DNA of 64,000 nucleotides from assembly GCA_964486685.1 (NCBI GenBank), contig CAZAOE010000001.1:12538-76537 (forward strand), read 5' to 3'. The translations under genes were made by a program, and so were the position numbers. Origin of the DNA: an uncultured Gammaproteobacteria bacterium. GTDB taxonomy: Bacteria; Patescibacteriota; Patescibacteriia; UBA1558; S5-K13. Under the pieces are notes generated by a model. It was not told the origin of the DNA, did no database searches, and saw only the letters and a list, made by a program, of their open reading frames with translations. Position 1 is the first letter of the stretch. Every line of letters starts with the position of its first letter. Of the stretch, positions 9,190-18,184 are shown piece after piece.

Positions 9190-9266
9190 AATGAAAGGAA
9201 ATATTATATTAACCCCCACCATCTCCCCCTTACTAAGGGGGAGGGAGAGGGGGTGAATTTTAAATT
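9190..9266. repeat. 77-bp exact repeat (copy 1), containing a GC-rich palindromic hairpin
   Basis: aatgaaaggaaatattatattaacccccaccatctcccccttactaagggggagggagagggggtgaattttaaatt is identical to 29869-29945; core hairpin CTCCCCCTT act AAGGGGGAG. Confidence 0.7.
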
Positions 9267-9552
9267 AAAAATTGAAATTTGGCATGGATATTTCTCCATT
9301 CTTCATTTTTTCAGCCATTATTTTTTGAATTTTTTTAGTAGCATCATTAAATAATTCCGGAAGTGTATTTTCAATTGTTGAGTTTTCCATATCTTCAGGA
9401 ATTTTTATAGAGAGAACCGTTTGATTGCCATCCATTTTTAAAACAATTCCTTTTTTTTCTACTGCTACATTTTCTTGAGATAAGGCGTTTTGCATGTTTT
9501 TGGCCTGGGTCCTTAAATCTTTAATTTGATTTAGTTTTGAGAACATATTCAT
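9265..9552 (-). CDS. ybaB: Nucleoid-associated protein YbaB/EbfC
   Basis: 95-aa protein, MNMFSKLNQIKDLRTQAKNMQNALSQE..., with YbaB-like composition, located next to recR. Confidence 0.8.
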   Translation of the reverse strand: MNMFSKLNQIKDLRTQAKNMQNALSQENVAVEKKGIVLKMDGNQTVLSIKIPEDMENSTIENTLPELFNDATKKIQKIMAEKMKNGEISMPNFNF

Positions 9553-9811
9553 CCCGTTAGATATTATTTATTAAATGTTGATAAATTTAATCCCCTTCAG
9601 TTATATTAATTAGTCCCGTTTGTAAGATATAATTTTTATCTAACGGGATTCATATACAAATGTGTTAATACTAATATACTAATAATGCTAATAATACAAA
9701 TAGATTATACTAATAATACAAATGAATTCATATGATTGGTATATTACCCGCCATAATTTTATAAAAATTAAGGCGGGATTAGCATCACTTAATTCTCGTA
9801 TCATTAGTATT

Positions 9812-11209
9812 TTATTCTTCGGGTGGTGCAATGTCAGCGTGTTTTTCTAAGCTTTTAAAGCTAACCGTTTCTTCGTCAAAAAATAATTTAATCATGCCCG
9901 TAGGACCATTACGATGTTTGGCTATGTGAATTTCAGCAATGCCCTTTTCTTCTGCGCTTAAATCTTCAAATCTGTAACTTCTATCTGCTGCTTTGCGGTA
10001 AATAAACATAACGACATCTGCGTCTTGTTCTATTGTACCAGATTCTCGTAAATGAGACAGTTTAGGAATAGCGGGTTTGCTCATTTCTACAGCTCGAGAT
10101 AATTGAGATAAAGCAATAATTGGAATATTTAATTCCCGAGCAATATTTTTGAGACCTCTAGTGATTTCAGCTACTTCTTGAACCCGAGATTCTTTATTAC
10201 TATTACTTTCCATTAATTGTAAATAATCAACTATCAATAAAGAAAGGTTATGTTCTAATTTTAAACGGCGGGCCTTGGTTCTAATTTGCATAATATTTAA
10301 ACTGGCTGAGTCATCAATAAATATTTTAGCATCAGCTAAGGTACCCATGGCATTACCAATGCGTGGGAAATCATCATGTTCAGCACTGTCAGAAAGTTTG
10401 CCAGTGCGCATTTTCCATAAAGATACTCCAGCCTCAGAGCAAAGTATTCTATCTACTAATTCTTCTTTGCTCATTTCTAAAGAAAAGAGTCCTACCACTT
10501 CTTTATTTTTAATAGCGGCATGACGGGCTATATCTAAGGCCAAAGTAGTTTTACCTACACTGGGTCGGGAGGCAATAATGATTAAATTAGAATTTTGTAG
10601 GCCAGCTAATTTATTGTCTAAATCTGTATAGCCAGTAGGAATACCTCTTAATTTGCCTTTATTTTTATGAAGTTCGTCAATTCTTTCAAAAGTTTCATTT
10701 AAAATATTGGAAATGGGAATAAAATTTTCTCTGAGGAATTTTTGCGAAATTTGAAAAAGACTTCTTTCAGATTTATCTAAAATATCATCTACGGCCTCTT
10801 TTTCATTATAAGCCATGCCAGTTATTTCGGCAGAGGCCTTGATTAATTTTCTGAGAGTAGATTTTTTTTGTACTATTTCCGCATAATGTTTAACATTGCT
10901 GGCCGTAACTACGGCATTAGTTAAACTGGCTAAATATGATTTTCCACCCACCATTTTTGATTCTTTTCTTTCTTCTAAAAGATTACTAATGGATAAAATA
11001 TCTAAGGGTTCTCTTTTATCATATAAACTTAAACAACATTCAAATATTTTTTGATGGGATTGTTTATAAAAATCCTCAGGATTAATAATATCCGCTATTT
11101 TGTTCATAGCTTCATTGTCAATCAAAATAGAGCCCAAAACATTGGCCTCGGCCTCTAAATTATGAGGGGGTATTTTATCAATAGATTGTGAGTTTTGATT
11201 ATTAACCAT
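9812..11209 (-). CDS. dnaB: Replicative DNA helicase DnaB
   Basis: N-terminal PHNLEAEANVLGSILID, Walker A GKTT, Walker B DYLQLM and the RecA-like fold signature; 465 aa. Confidence 0.95.
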   Translation of the reverse strand: MVNNQNSQSIDKIPPHNLEAEANVLGSILIDNEAMNKIADIINPEDFYKQSHQKIFECCLSLYDKREPLDILSISNLLEERKESKMVGGKSYLASLTNAVVTASNVKHYAEIVQKKSTLRKLIKASAEITGMAYNEKEAVDDILDKSERSLFQISQKFLRENFIPISNILNETFERIDELHKNKGKLRGIPTGYTDLDNKLAGLQNSNLIIIASRPSVGKTTLALDIARHAAIKNKEVVGLFSLEMSKEELVDRILCSEAGVSLWKMRTGKLSDSAEHDDFPRIGNAMGTLADAKIFIDDSASLNIMQIRTKARRLKLEHNLSLLIVDYLQLMESNSNKESRVQEVAEITRGLKNIARELNIPIIALSQLSRAVEMSKPAIPKLSHLRESGTIEQDADVVMFIYRKAADRSYRFEDLSAEEKGIAEIHIAKHRNGPTGMIKLFFDEETVSFKSLEKHADIAPPEE

Positions 11210-11400
11210 AGTATTCCCATTTTAACAGAAAAAATTTATCTTTCAAGTATTTTTATGGACAGTTTATCCACTAAGTATAAACACTTGATTTTTTATAATA
11301 TCTATGTTATATTTTTATGTATAAAAATACAACTATTTGTGTTTTTTTGTTATAATTTAGTAGTCAGCGGTTGGTAGTATTTATGTATTCAAAATGTATT

Positions 11401-11665
11401 AAAAATTAAATATAGTTAATTAAGCGCCGTTAGCTCCCCCCTTCGCCAAAGCTACGGAGGGCAGGCAGTTGGTACCCAACTTCGCTAACAAAGTATATTG
11501 TAATAATTTTATATAGATATTAAAAATTAAATATAGTTAATTAAGCGCCGTTAGCTCCCCCCTTCGCCAAAGCTACGGAGGGCAGGCAGTTGGTACCCAA
11601 CTTCGCTAACAAAGTATATTGTAATAATTTTATATAGATATTAAAAATTAAATATAGTTAATTAA
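11401..11665 (+). repeat. Tandem array of 121-bp units (2.2 copies), each carrying the tRNA-Lys promoter and first 13 nt of the tRNA
   Basis: Units start at 11401, 11522 and 11643. Each has aaaaattaaatatagttaattaaGCGCCGTTAGCTC followed by a 53-nt GC-rich insert (ccccccttcgccaaagctacggagggcaggcagttggtacccaacttcgctaac). The third unit continues into the intact tRNA. Confidence 0.8.
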
Positions 11666-11741
11666 GCGCCGTTAGCTCAGTTGGTAGAGCAGCAGCCTTT
11701 TAAGCTGATGGTCGCAGGTTCGAATCCTGCACGGCGTACCA
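11666..11741 (+). tRNA. tRNA-Lys (anticodon UUU), with encoded CCA
   Basis: GCGCCGT-TA-GCTC-AGTTGGT-AGAGC-A-GCAGC-CTTTTAA-GCTGA-TGGTC-GCAGG-TTCGAAT-CCTGC-ACGGCGT-A-CCA. Cloverleaf with perfect D and T stems; 7-nt anticodon loop C-U-UUU-A-A. Confidence 0.9.
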
Positions 11742-11743
11742 TA

Positions 11744-11815
11744 AACCACTCACTGCGTTCGGGTTTATGGTAAACCATAAATTACTCACTGCGTTCGGGT
11801 TTATGGTAAACCATA
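11744..11815 (+). repeat. Tandem 35-bp repeat (x2) with internal hairpin, directly 3' of the tRNA
   Basis: ccactcactgcgttcgggtttatggtaaaccataa appears twice; tttatggtaaaccataaa is palindromic. Confidence 0.6.
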
Positions 11816-11957
11816 ACACATTTATTTTTGTAATATATTTCTCGATTTTATTTTCTCCACTCCGGTCGAAATTTTTGGCGGGATTTTTTTTATTCCCTTT
11901 TTTAAAATTAAGAGTATAATTAATTTTATTAAAAGTTAATAATTAAAATTTAATTAG

Positions 11958-13241
11958 ATGAATAAAAATTTTTTGTTTATATCCATTACTGGTTTAATAT
12001 CAGATATTGCTTGGATAGTTTCTAAAGAAGGAAATAATGTTAAATTCTATATTGCCGATAAAGAGGACCGAGATATTGGCATGGGCTTTGTGGAAAAAAT
12101 TGATGATTGGAGAGCAGAAGTTGGCTGGGCAGATGTGATTGTTTTTGATGATGTTCTTGGGCATGGTAAATTAGCTCAAGAATTAAGAGGACAGGGTAAA
12201 ATAGTAGTCGGTGGCACAGAATACACGGATTTATTAGAGGATGACCGGACCTTTGGACAAGAAGAATTAAAAAAATATGGCGTTAGTATTATTCCTTATC
12301 AAAATTTTATTTCTTTTGATGAGGCGATTAATTTTGTTAAACAAAATCCTTCTCGTTATGTAATTAAACCCTGTGGCGATGCTCCGAAAAAATTATTATT
12401 TGTCGGAGATGAAGATAACGGCCAGGACATTATTCAGGTTTTAGAGGGCTATAAAACTACTTGGTCAAATAAAATTAAAGTTTTTCAATTACAAAAAAGA
12501 GTGACTGGAGTAGAGGTAGCTGTTGGTGCCTTTTTTAACGGTAATGAATTTTTATATCCAATTAATGTTAATTTTGAAAATAAAAGAATGTTTGCCGGTA
12601 ATATCGGGCCCTCCACTGGAGAGATGGGCACCAGTATGTTTTGGAGTATGCCAAATAAAATTTTTAATGCTACCTTAAAAAAATTAGAAACAAAATTAGC
12701 TGAAGAAAATTTTGTTGGCTATATTGATGTTAATTGTATTGTGAATGGTAATGGTATTTATCCCTTGGAATTTACTTCCCGGTTTGGCTATCCAACTATA
12801 TTTATTCAGCAAGAAGGAATTAATATGCCGATGGGAGAATTTTTTTATCGTATGGCTAATGGAGAAAATTTTACTATTAAAACTAAAAGTGGTTTTCAGG
12901 TTGGAGTAAGAATTTTAATGCCTCCTTATCCTTTTGACGATGAAGAAACTTTTAATACTTATTCTAAAGACGCAGCTATAATTTTTAAAAAGCCAAATTA
13001 TGAGGGGGCGCATATTGAAGATGCAAAAATGATAGATGGTCAGTGGACAGTGGCTGGTAGTGCGGGTGTGGTTTTAACAATAGTAGGCACGGGTCAGACC
13101 ATGAGGCAGGCTCAATCCCAGGTTTATAATCGGATTACTAATATTTTAATTCCCAATATGTATTATCGGACTGATATTGGTGACCGCTGGTATGAAGATA
13201 GCGACCGTTTGCATAATTGGGGTTATTTGCGGGACTTTTAA
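11958..13241 (+). CDS. PurD-like ATP-grasp enzyme (phosphoribosylamine--glycine ligase family)
   Basis: Collinear with PurD: N-domain, then YVIKPCGDAPKK, NKRMFAGNIGPSTGEMG and EFTSRFGYP ATP-grasp motifs. Confidence 0.5.
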   Translation: MNKNFLFISITGLISDIAWIVSKEGNNVKFYIADKEDRDIGMGFVEKIDDWRAEVGWADVIVFDDVLGHGKLAQELRGQGKIVVGGTEYTDLLEDDRTFGQEELKKYGVSIIPYQNFISFDEAINFVKQNPSRYVIKPCGDAPKKLLFVGDEDNGQDIIQVLEGYKTTWSNKIKVFQLQKRVTGVEVAVGAFFNGNEFLYPINVNFENKRMFAGNIGPSTGEMGTSMFWSMPNKIFNATLKKLETKLAEENFVGYIDVNCIVNGNGIYPLEFTSRFGYPTIFIQQEGINMPMGEFFYRMANGENFTIKTKSGFQVGVRILMPPYPFDDEETFNTYSKDAAIIFKKPNYEGAHIEDAKMIDGQWTVAGSAGVVLTIVGTGQTMRQAQSQVYNRITNILIPNMYYRTDIGDRWYEDSDRLHNWGYLRDF

Positions 13242-13259
13242 ACTTTTGACTTTTGACTT

Positions 13260-14216
13260 TTAATCATTTTCATCTTCAATTTCACCAACGATTTCTTCTA
13301 ATATGTCTTCTAAAGTCACAATTCCTAATAATTGGTCTTCTCTATACACTAAAGCAATATGGTTTTTTTCTTTTTGCATTTTTCTAAATATAGTATCAAT
13401 TTTTTGCTCGGCTCGAACTTTTAAAATGGGCTGAACATATTTTTCAATAGTATTTTCTCGATGGTCACTATTTAATATTTTCATAATATCAATTAAATGT
13501 ACATAGCCGATAATATTATCTTCTTGATTGTGAAAAACCGGATAACGGCTTAGGCCCTCATGAGCCATAAAATAAGCAATTTGGTCTATTTCCGTATCGG
13601 CATTGACTATGGACATTTTATAGCGCGGAGTCATTATTTCTTTAGCGGTTTTATCATTGAATTTTAAAATATTCATAATCATTTCATGTTCTTGAAATTC
13701 AATTTCGCCCTCTTCTACAGCTAAACGGCTAAAGGCCTTTAATTCTTTTTCAGAAACGATTTTTTCGGGTTTGTTTTTGGTTATTAGTAATAATAATTTT
13801 TCCAAAATAATTATAATTGGAAAAGTTACAATTTCTAATATATATACAAGAGGACTAAAGAAAAGAGCCATTTTTTCAGCATTAATTTGAAAATATACCT
13901 TAGGATACATTTCTCCAAAGATTAATATTAAAAGAGTCATGACACCAATAGCCACACCTAAGGTAGCAGAACCTAATTTTTCTTGAATCCATAAAGTAGC
14001 CGCACTAGCTGCGGCAATATTGACTAAATTGTTTCCCAATAAAATAGTTACTAATAATCTTTTTTTATTTTTTAGCAGTTTTTGTAATAAATGGGAATTT
14101 TTTTTCTGAGCTAAAACCAAAGATTTAACTTTTGAAGCCGATAAAGAAAAAAGAGCTATTTCCATGCCCGAGAACCAGGCAGACAAACAAATTAAAATTA
14201 TAATTGCTAAAATCAT
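13260..14216 (-). CDS. DUF21 (CNNM) transmembrane domain plus tandem CBS domain protein (HlyC/CorC-type)
   Basis: N-terminal 4-TM DUF21 (LAIIILICLSAWFSGMEIALFSLS) followed by two CBS modules. Confidence 0.7.
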   Translation of the reverse strand: MILAIIILICLSAWFSGMEIALFSLSASKVKSLVLAQKKNSHLLQKLLKNKKRLLVTILLGNNLVNIAAASAATLWIQEKLGSATLGVAIGVMTLLILIFGEMYPKVYFQINAEKMALFFSPLVYILEIVTFPIIIILEKLLLLITKNKPEKIVSEKELKAFSRLAVEEGEIEFQEHEMIMNILKFNDKTAKEIMTPRYKMSIVNADTEIDQIAYFMAHEGLSRYPVFHNQEDNIIGYVHLIDIMKILNSDHRENTIEKYVQPILKVRAEQKIDTIFRKMQKEKNHIALVYREDQLLGIVTLEDILEEIVGEIEDEND

Positions 14217-14430
14217 TGTTTTGTTTTAAGGTTTTAATAGTTTAATCATAGCGGATAAATAGATTTAGGTAAAATAGATTTTTTTGTTATAATGAGGTTA
14301 GTTTAGGGTTATCTGCCTACGCCAATACTTCTCCCTGCGCTAAAGCTTCTCCCTGCGCTAAAGCTTCGGGAGACAGGTTGGGAGACAGGTCGGGAGACAG
14401 GAAAGTTAAAAATAAAAAGTTTTTAAGAGT

Positions 14431-17130
14431 ATGAAAAAAAATTATCACAGTTTAGAAACCAAAAAAGTTTTAGATATTTTAAAATCAAACGAACAAGGAC
14501 TTAGCGAAGACGAAGCCCAGAAGAGATTAAAAAAATACGGACCTAATAAAATTATAGAGCAAAAAAAGATTTCTAAATTGTTAATATTTTTTAGCCAGTT
14601 TAATAATATTTTAATTTATATTTTATTATTGGCTTCTTTAATTTCTTTTATTTTTGGTGAACATATTGATGCCGCAGTTATTTTAGTTGCGGTATTTTTA
14701 AATACTATTATTGGTTATTTTCAAGAAAGCAGGGCGCAGAGTGATCTTTCTAAATTAAGGCATTATATTAAACAGCAGGTTTTTGTCCGGCGTAATAATC
14801 GACAATATTTAATCAATGTTGAAGAATTAGTTCCTGGAGATATTATTTTAGTTCAATCTGGGTCGCGCGTGGCGGCTGATGCCCGAGTTTTAGAGGCCAA
14901 TGAATTAAAAGCACATGAAGCGGCCTTGACCGGCGAATCAATTGCAGTTGATAAAAGTTTAGAAAAAGTAGCTGTGGGAGCAGTAACTAGTGACCGAACC
15001 AATATGTTATATATGGGTACAAGTATTGTGCGCGGTAATGCTGTTGCCGTAGTTACGGCCACTGCTATGGAGACAGAAATAGGAAAAATTGCTGGTTATA
15101 TTAGCGAAACTGAAGATGAACAAACTCCTTTACAAATTAGATTAAAAAAATTAGGAACGATTATTGGAATTTTTTCTTTAATTGCCTGTAGTTTAATTTT
15201 TATTTTAGGAATTGTTTCAGGTCGAAGTGCTTTAGAAATGTTTTTAATTAGCGTCGCCATTGCGGTTTCTTCTATTCCCGAGGGTTTGCCAGTAGCAATT
15301 ACGGTTATTTTAGCAATTGGCATGCAAAGGATTTTGAAAAAAAAGTCCTTGGTGCGTAGATTAGTAGCTGCGGAAACTTTGGGCTCAACTACGGTTATTT
15401 GTACAGATAAAACCGGTACTTTAACGGTTGGGCAAATGGCGGTTAGCAATATTATTTTAGACAATGAAATCGTTGATATTCTTTCTAAAAAAGACCAGAC
15501 CCTTTCTAACAGAGTTAAAGAAATTTTAAGGATTGGTTTTTTGTGCAATGATGCTTTTTTAGAAGAGCAAGATTTATCCCAAGAATTATTAAAAGAATTA
15601 AAAATGTCTGGTTCACCAACTGACCAGGCCTTGTTATCAGCTGGTTTGGATTTTGGCTTTTCTTTAGATGAAGAAAAAAAGAATTATCCGCAATTAGCTG
15701 AAGTTACCTTTGATAGTGCTAAAAAATACATGTTAAGTTTACATGAAAATAAAGCCGAACAAGTTAATGACCGGGTGATTTTTTGTAAGGGAGCTCCCGA
15801 AGTAATTTTAGAACATTGTAGTTTCATTAATACTAAAGACGGAGTTAAAAAATTAACCGACAAACAAAAACAAAAAATTATTGCTACGCAGAATAGTTTT
15901 ACCGCCAAGGGCTTGCGTTTATTAGCAGTTGCGGAAAGAAGGATGAGCAGTAAAATCTTAAAAGAAAATTTAGATGATAATTTTGAGCATTTAGTTTTAC
16001 TGGGTCTGATTACTTTAAAAGATCCTTTGCGTCAATCATCCAAAGAAACTATTCAAGTTTGTCTGCGGGCAGGCATTAGGCCAATCATTATTACTGGCGA
16101 CCATAAATTAACTGCCAAGGCCATTGCTTTAGAATTGGGTTTAAAGGCCAAGGAAGAGCATATTTTAAGTGGTGAAGATTTAGATAAATTAAATGATGAT
16201 GATTTAAGAGAAAAGGTGAAAACTGTTAATTTATATGTTCGAGTTAATCCGCATCATAAATTAAGAATTGTTCAGGCCTTGCAGGAAAATAATGAAGTAG
16301 TGGCTATGGCTGGAGATGGAATTAACGATGCTCCGGCAATCCAAATGGCCGATATTGGCATTGCTTTAGGTTCAGGAACAGACATTGCCAAAGAGACCGC
16401 GGAGATTGTGCTTTTAGAAAATAATTTTTCGGTGATTGTAGAGGCGGTTAAGCAGGGTCGAATAATTTTTGATAATTTGAAAAAAATTGTGGTCTATTTA
16501 TTGTCAGATTCTTTTTCGGGTATGCTTTTAATTTCCACGGCCATTATTATGGGTCTGCCCTTGCCTTTATTACCAGCGCAGATTTTATGGATTAATATTG
16601 TCAACGATGCTTTACCCAACTTTGCTTTGGCTTTTGAAAAAGGAGACAAAGATACTATGCAGAGAAAGCCCTTGCCTAAGCATGCTCCGATTTTAGATAA
16701 GGAAATGAAGTTTTTAATTTTTGTAATTGGGGTTTTTACAGATATTGGAATTATTGTTTTATTTTTATATTTATTAAAATCTGGTCATGATATTGAACAT
16801 GTCCGAACTTTTATGTTTGCCGCCCTAGGAATTGATTCTTTGATTTATGTTTATTCTTGTAAAAATTTACGCAGGTCAATTTGGAATTATAAATTGTTTG
16901 ATAATAAATTTTTAATATTAGGCACCTTAATTAGTTTTATGCTTTTAATGATAGGTCTTTATGTTCCTTTTTTCCAAACTGTTTTGCGTACAGTTCCTTT
17001 GGGGGCAGAGGGTTGGACCATTATGCTCGTTGTAGCTGTTTTTGAAGTAATTTCCATTGAGTTTGGGAAGTGGCTGTTTATACGTCGCAGTGGAGAGGTT
17101 AATGGTCAAAGGTCAAAGGTCAACGCTTAA
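14431..17130 (+). CDS. P-type cation-transporting ATPase (P2-type, Ca2+/cation)
   Basis: DKTGTLT phosphorylation motif, TGES, MAGDGINDAPA hinge and 10 TM segments; 899 aa. Confidence 0.9.
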   Translation: MKKNYHSLETKKVLDILKSNEQGLSEDEAQKRLKKYGPNKIIEQKKISKLLIFFSQFNNILIYILLLASLISFIFGEHIDAAVILVAVFLNTIIGYFQESRAQSDLSKLRHYIKQQVFVRRNNRQYLINVEELVPGDIILVQSGSRVAADARVLEANELKAHEAALTGESIAVDKSLEKVAVGAVTSDRTNMLYMGTSIVRGNAVAVVTATAMETEIGKIAGYISETEDEQTPLQIRLKKLGTIIGIFSLIACSLIFILGIVSGRSALEMFLISVAIAVSSIPEGLPVAITVILAIGMQRILKKKSLVRRLVAAETLGSTTVICTDKTGTLTVGQMAVSNIILDNEIVDILSKKDQTLSNRVKEILRIGFLCNDAFLEEQDLSQELLKELKMSGSPTDQALLSAGLDFGFSLDEEKKNYPQLAEVTFDSAKKYMLSLHENKAEQVNDRVIFCKGAPEVILEHCSFINTKDGVKKLTDKQKQKIIATQNSFTAKGLRLLAVAERRMSSKILKENLDDNFEHLVLLGLITLKDPLRQSSKETIQVCLRAGIRPIIITGDHKLTAKAIALELGLKAKEEHILSGEDLDKLNDDDLREKVKTVNLYVRVNPHHKLRIVQALQENNEVVAMAGDGINDAPAIQMADIGIALGSGTDIAKETAEIVLLENNFSVIVEAVKQGRIIFDNLKKIVVYLLSDSFSGMLLISTAIIMGLPLPLLPAQILWINIVNDALPNFALAFEKGDKDTMQRKPLPKHAPILDKEMKFLIFVIGVFTDIGIIVLFLYLLKSGHDIEHVRTFMFAALGIDSLIYVYSCKNLRRSIWNYKLFDNKFLILGTLISFMLLMIGLYVPFFQTVLRTVPLGAEGWTIMLVVAVFEVISIEFGKWLFIRRSGEVNGQRSKVNA

Positions 17131-17157
17131 GGATTAAGGTGTTTTATAGTTATTATT

Positions 17158-17186
17158 AATCTCGTTTGTTAGCGGGATTTTTTTGT
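17158..17186 (+). terminator. Rho-independent terminator after the P-type ATPase
   Basis: AATCTCG tttgttag CGGGATT followed by TTTTTTT. Confidence 0.5.
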
Positions 17187-17389
17187 TTATCCCTCACCAT
17201 TTTTACTAAAATAGTGAAGGATTTACAAAACAAGCTAAAAGTTATATTCTTTAAATATAATAATGTTAATTAAATAAGATTAAATAAAAAAATATGGATT
17301 TGCGGGAGTTTAAGAAATAATTTATATGCGAAGAATTAGAAATTACAGAAGATTATGGAAGAATTTTTTCTTTTATAGATTTTTCTAAT

Positions 17390-17959
17390 GTGAATAATTG
17401 GTTTGAAAAAGATAATCAAGATTGGAACAATAAATTACTTACTGAAGATGAAAAAATAAAAATAGACCTTGAAAAATTAAAATCATTTACAGATATCTTT
17501 AGCGATAGAATTAAAATATACTATGGTGAAGATCCAAAAAATACTGGTTCGCTTAATTTTACTTATGCAATTAGAAAAATATTTGGTAAACGCAATACTA
17601 TAACGAAAGATTTACAAAGAATAAAACATTATCTTGATTTAAATGAATCACAAAATAATAGTCCATATATATCTGTAGATAAAAATGGTAAAAAATATAT
17701 AGAAATTAGAAAATGTAATTTTGATGTGGAAATTTCCGTTGATGCTATTAAAATGTTGAAAAATTATAATACTTTTTGTATTTTTTCAAGTGATGCGGAT
17801 TTTGTTTATTTAAATAGATTTTTGAAGATAAATAATAAAAAAATTATTATTGTTAAGGGTGGATATATCACCACTAAATTAAAAGAAACAGCTGATTTAG
17901 TTATTAATGCCCAAAAAATTAAAAAGCACATAGCTAAGATAGAAAAAACAAAAACCTGA
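17390..17959 (+). CDS. NYN/PIN-like domain protein
   Basis: C-terminal FCIFSSDADFVYLNRFLKINNKKIIIVKGG resembles the NYN (LabA-like) core; GTG start. Confidence 0.35.
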   Translation: MNNWFEKDNQDWNNKLLTEDEKIKIDLEKLKSFTDIFSDRIKIYYGEDPKNTGSLNFTYAIRKIFGKRNTITKDLQRIKHYLDLNESQNNSPYISVDKNGKKYIEIRKCNFDVEISVDAIKMLKNYNTFCIFSSDADFVYLNRFLKINNKKIIIVKGGYITTKLKETADLVINAQKIKKHIAKIEKTKT

Positions 17960-18184
17960 CATAGTCAGGCCCTTGTGGAAAGTTTTCCCGAATTAACCTC
18001 GGGCAGGTATAAATTAAATATAGTCAATTAAGTCAATTAAGTCAATTAAGTTATCCACAATTAAAATAAAAAATAAATTTAAATATATGGCTGATAAAAA
18101 ATTAGAACAAATTTTAATTAATTTAAGGAAAAAGGGGTTGACTAATCGTATATAATCGTATATAATCAGATATATATAAAATGT

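Noticed and set aside
11401-11830. Possible CRISPR array
   Set aside because: The repeats are 121-bp and 35-bp tandem units with no unique spacers between them, and no cas genes are nearby. Nothing elsewhere in the window has repeat-spacer periodicity.
14290-14430. M-box (Mg2+) riboswitch upstream of the P-type ATPase
   Set aside because: The leader is too short (~130 nt) and lacks recognisable M-box conserved blocks. Only generic alternative-pairing repeats are present; it is kept as a low-interest finding instead.
14853-15908. Three minus-strand ORFs inside the P-type ATPase gene
   Set aside because: They are antisense to a well-supported 899-aa CDS and are Ala/Ser/Thr-rich reverse-frame artefacts.
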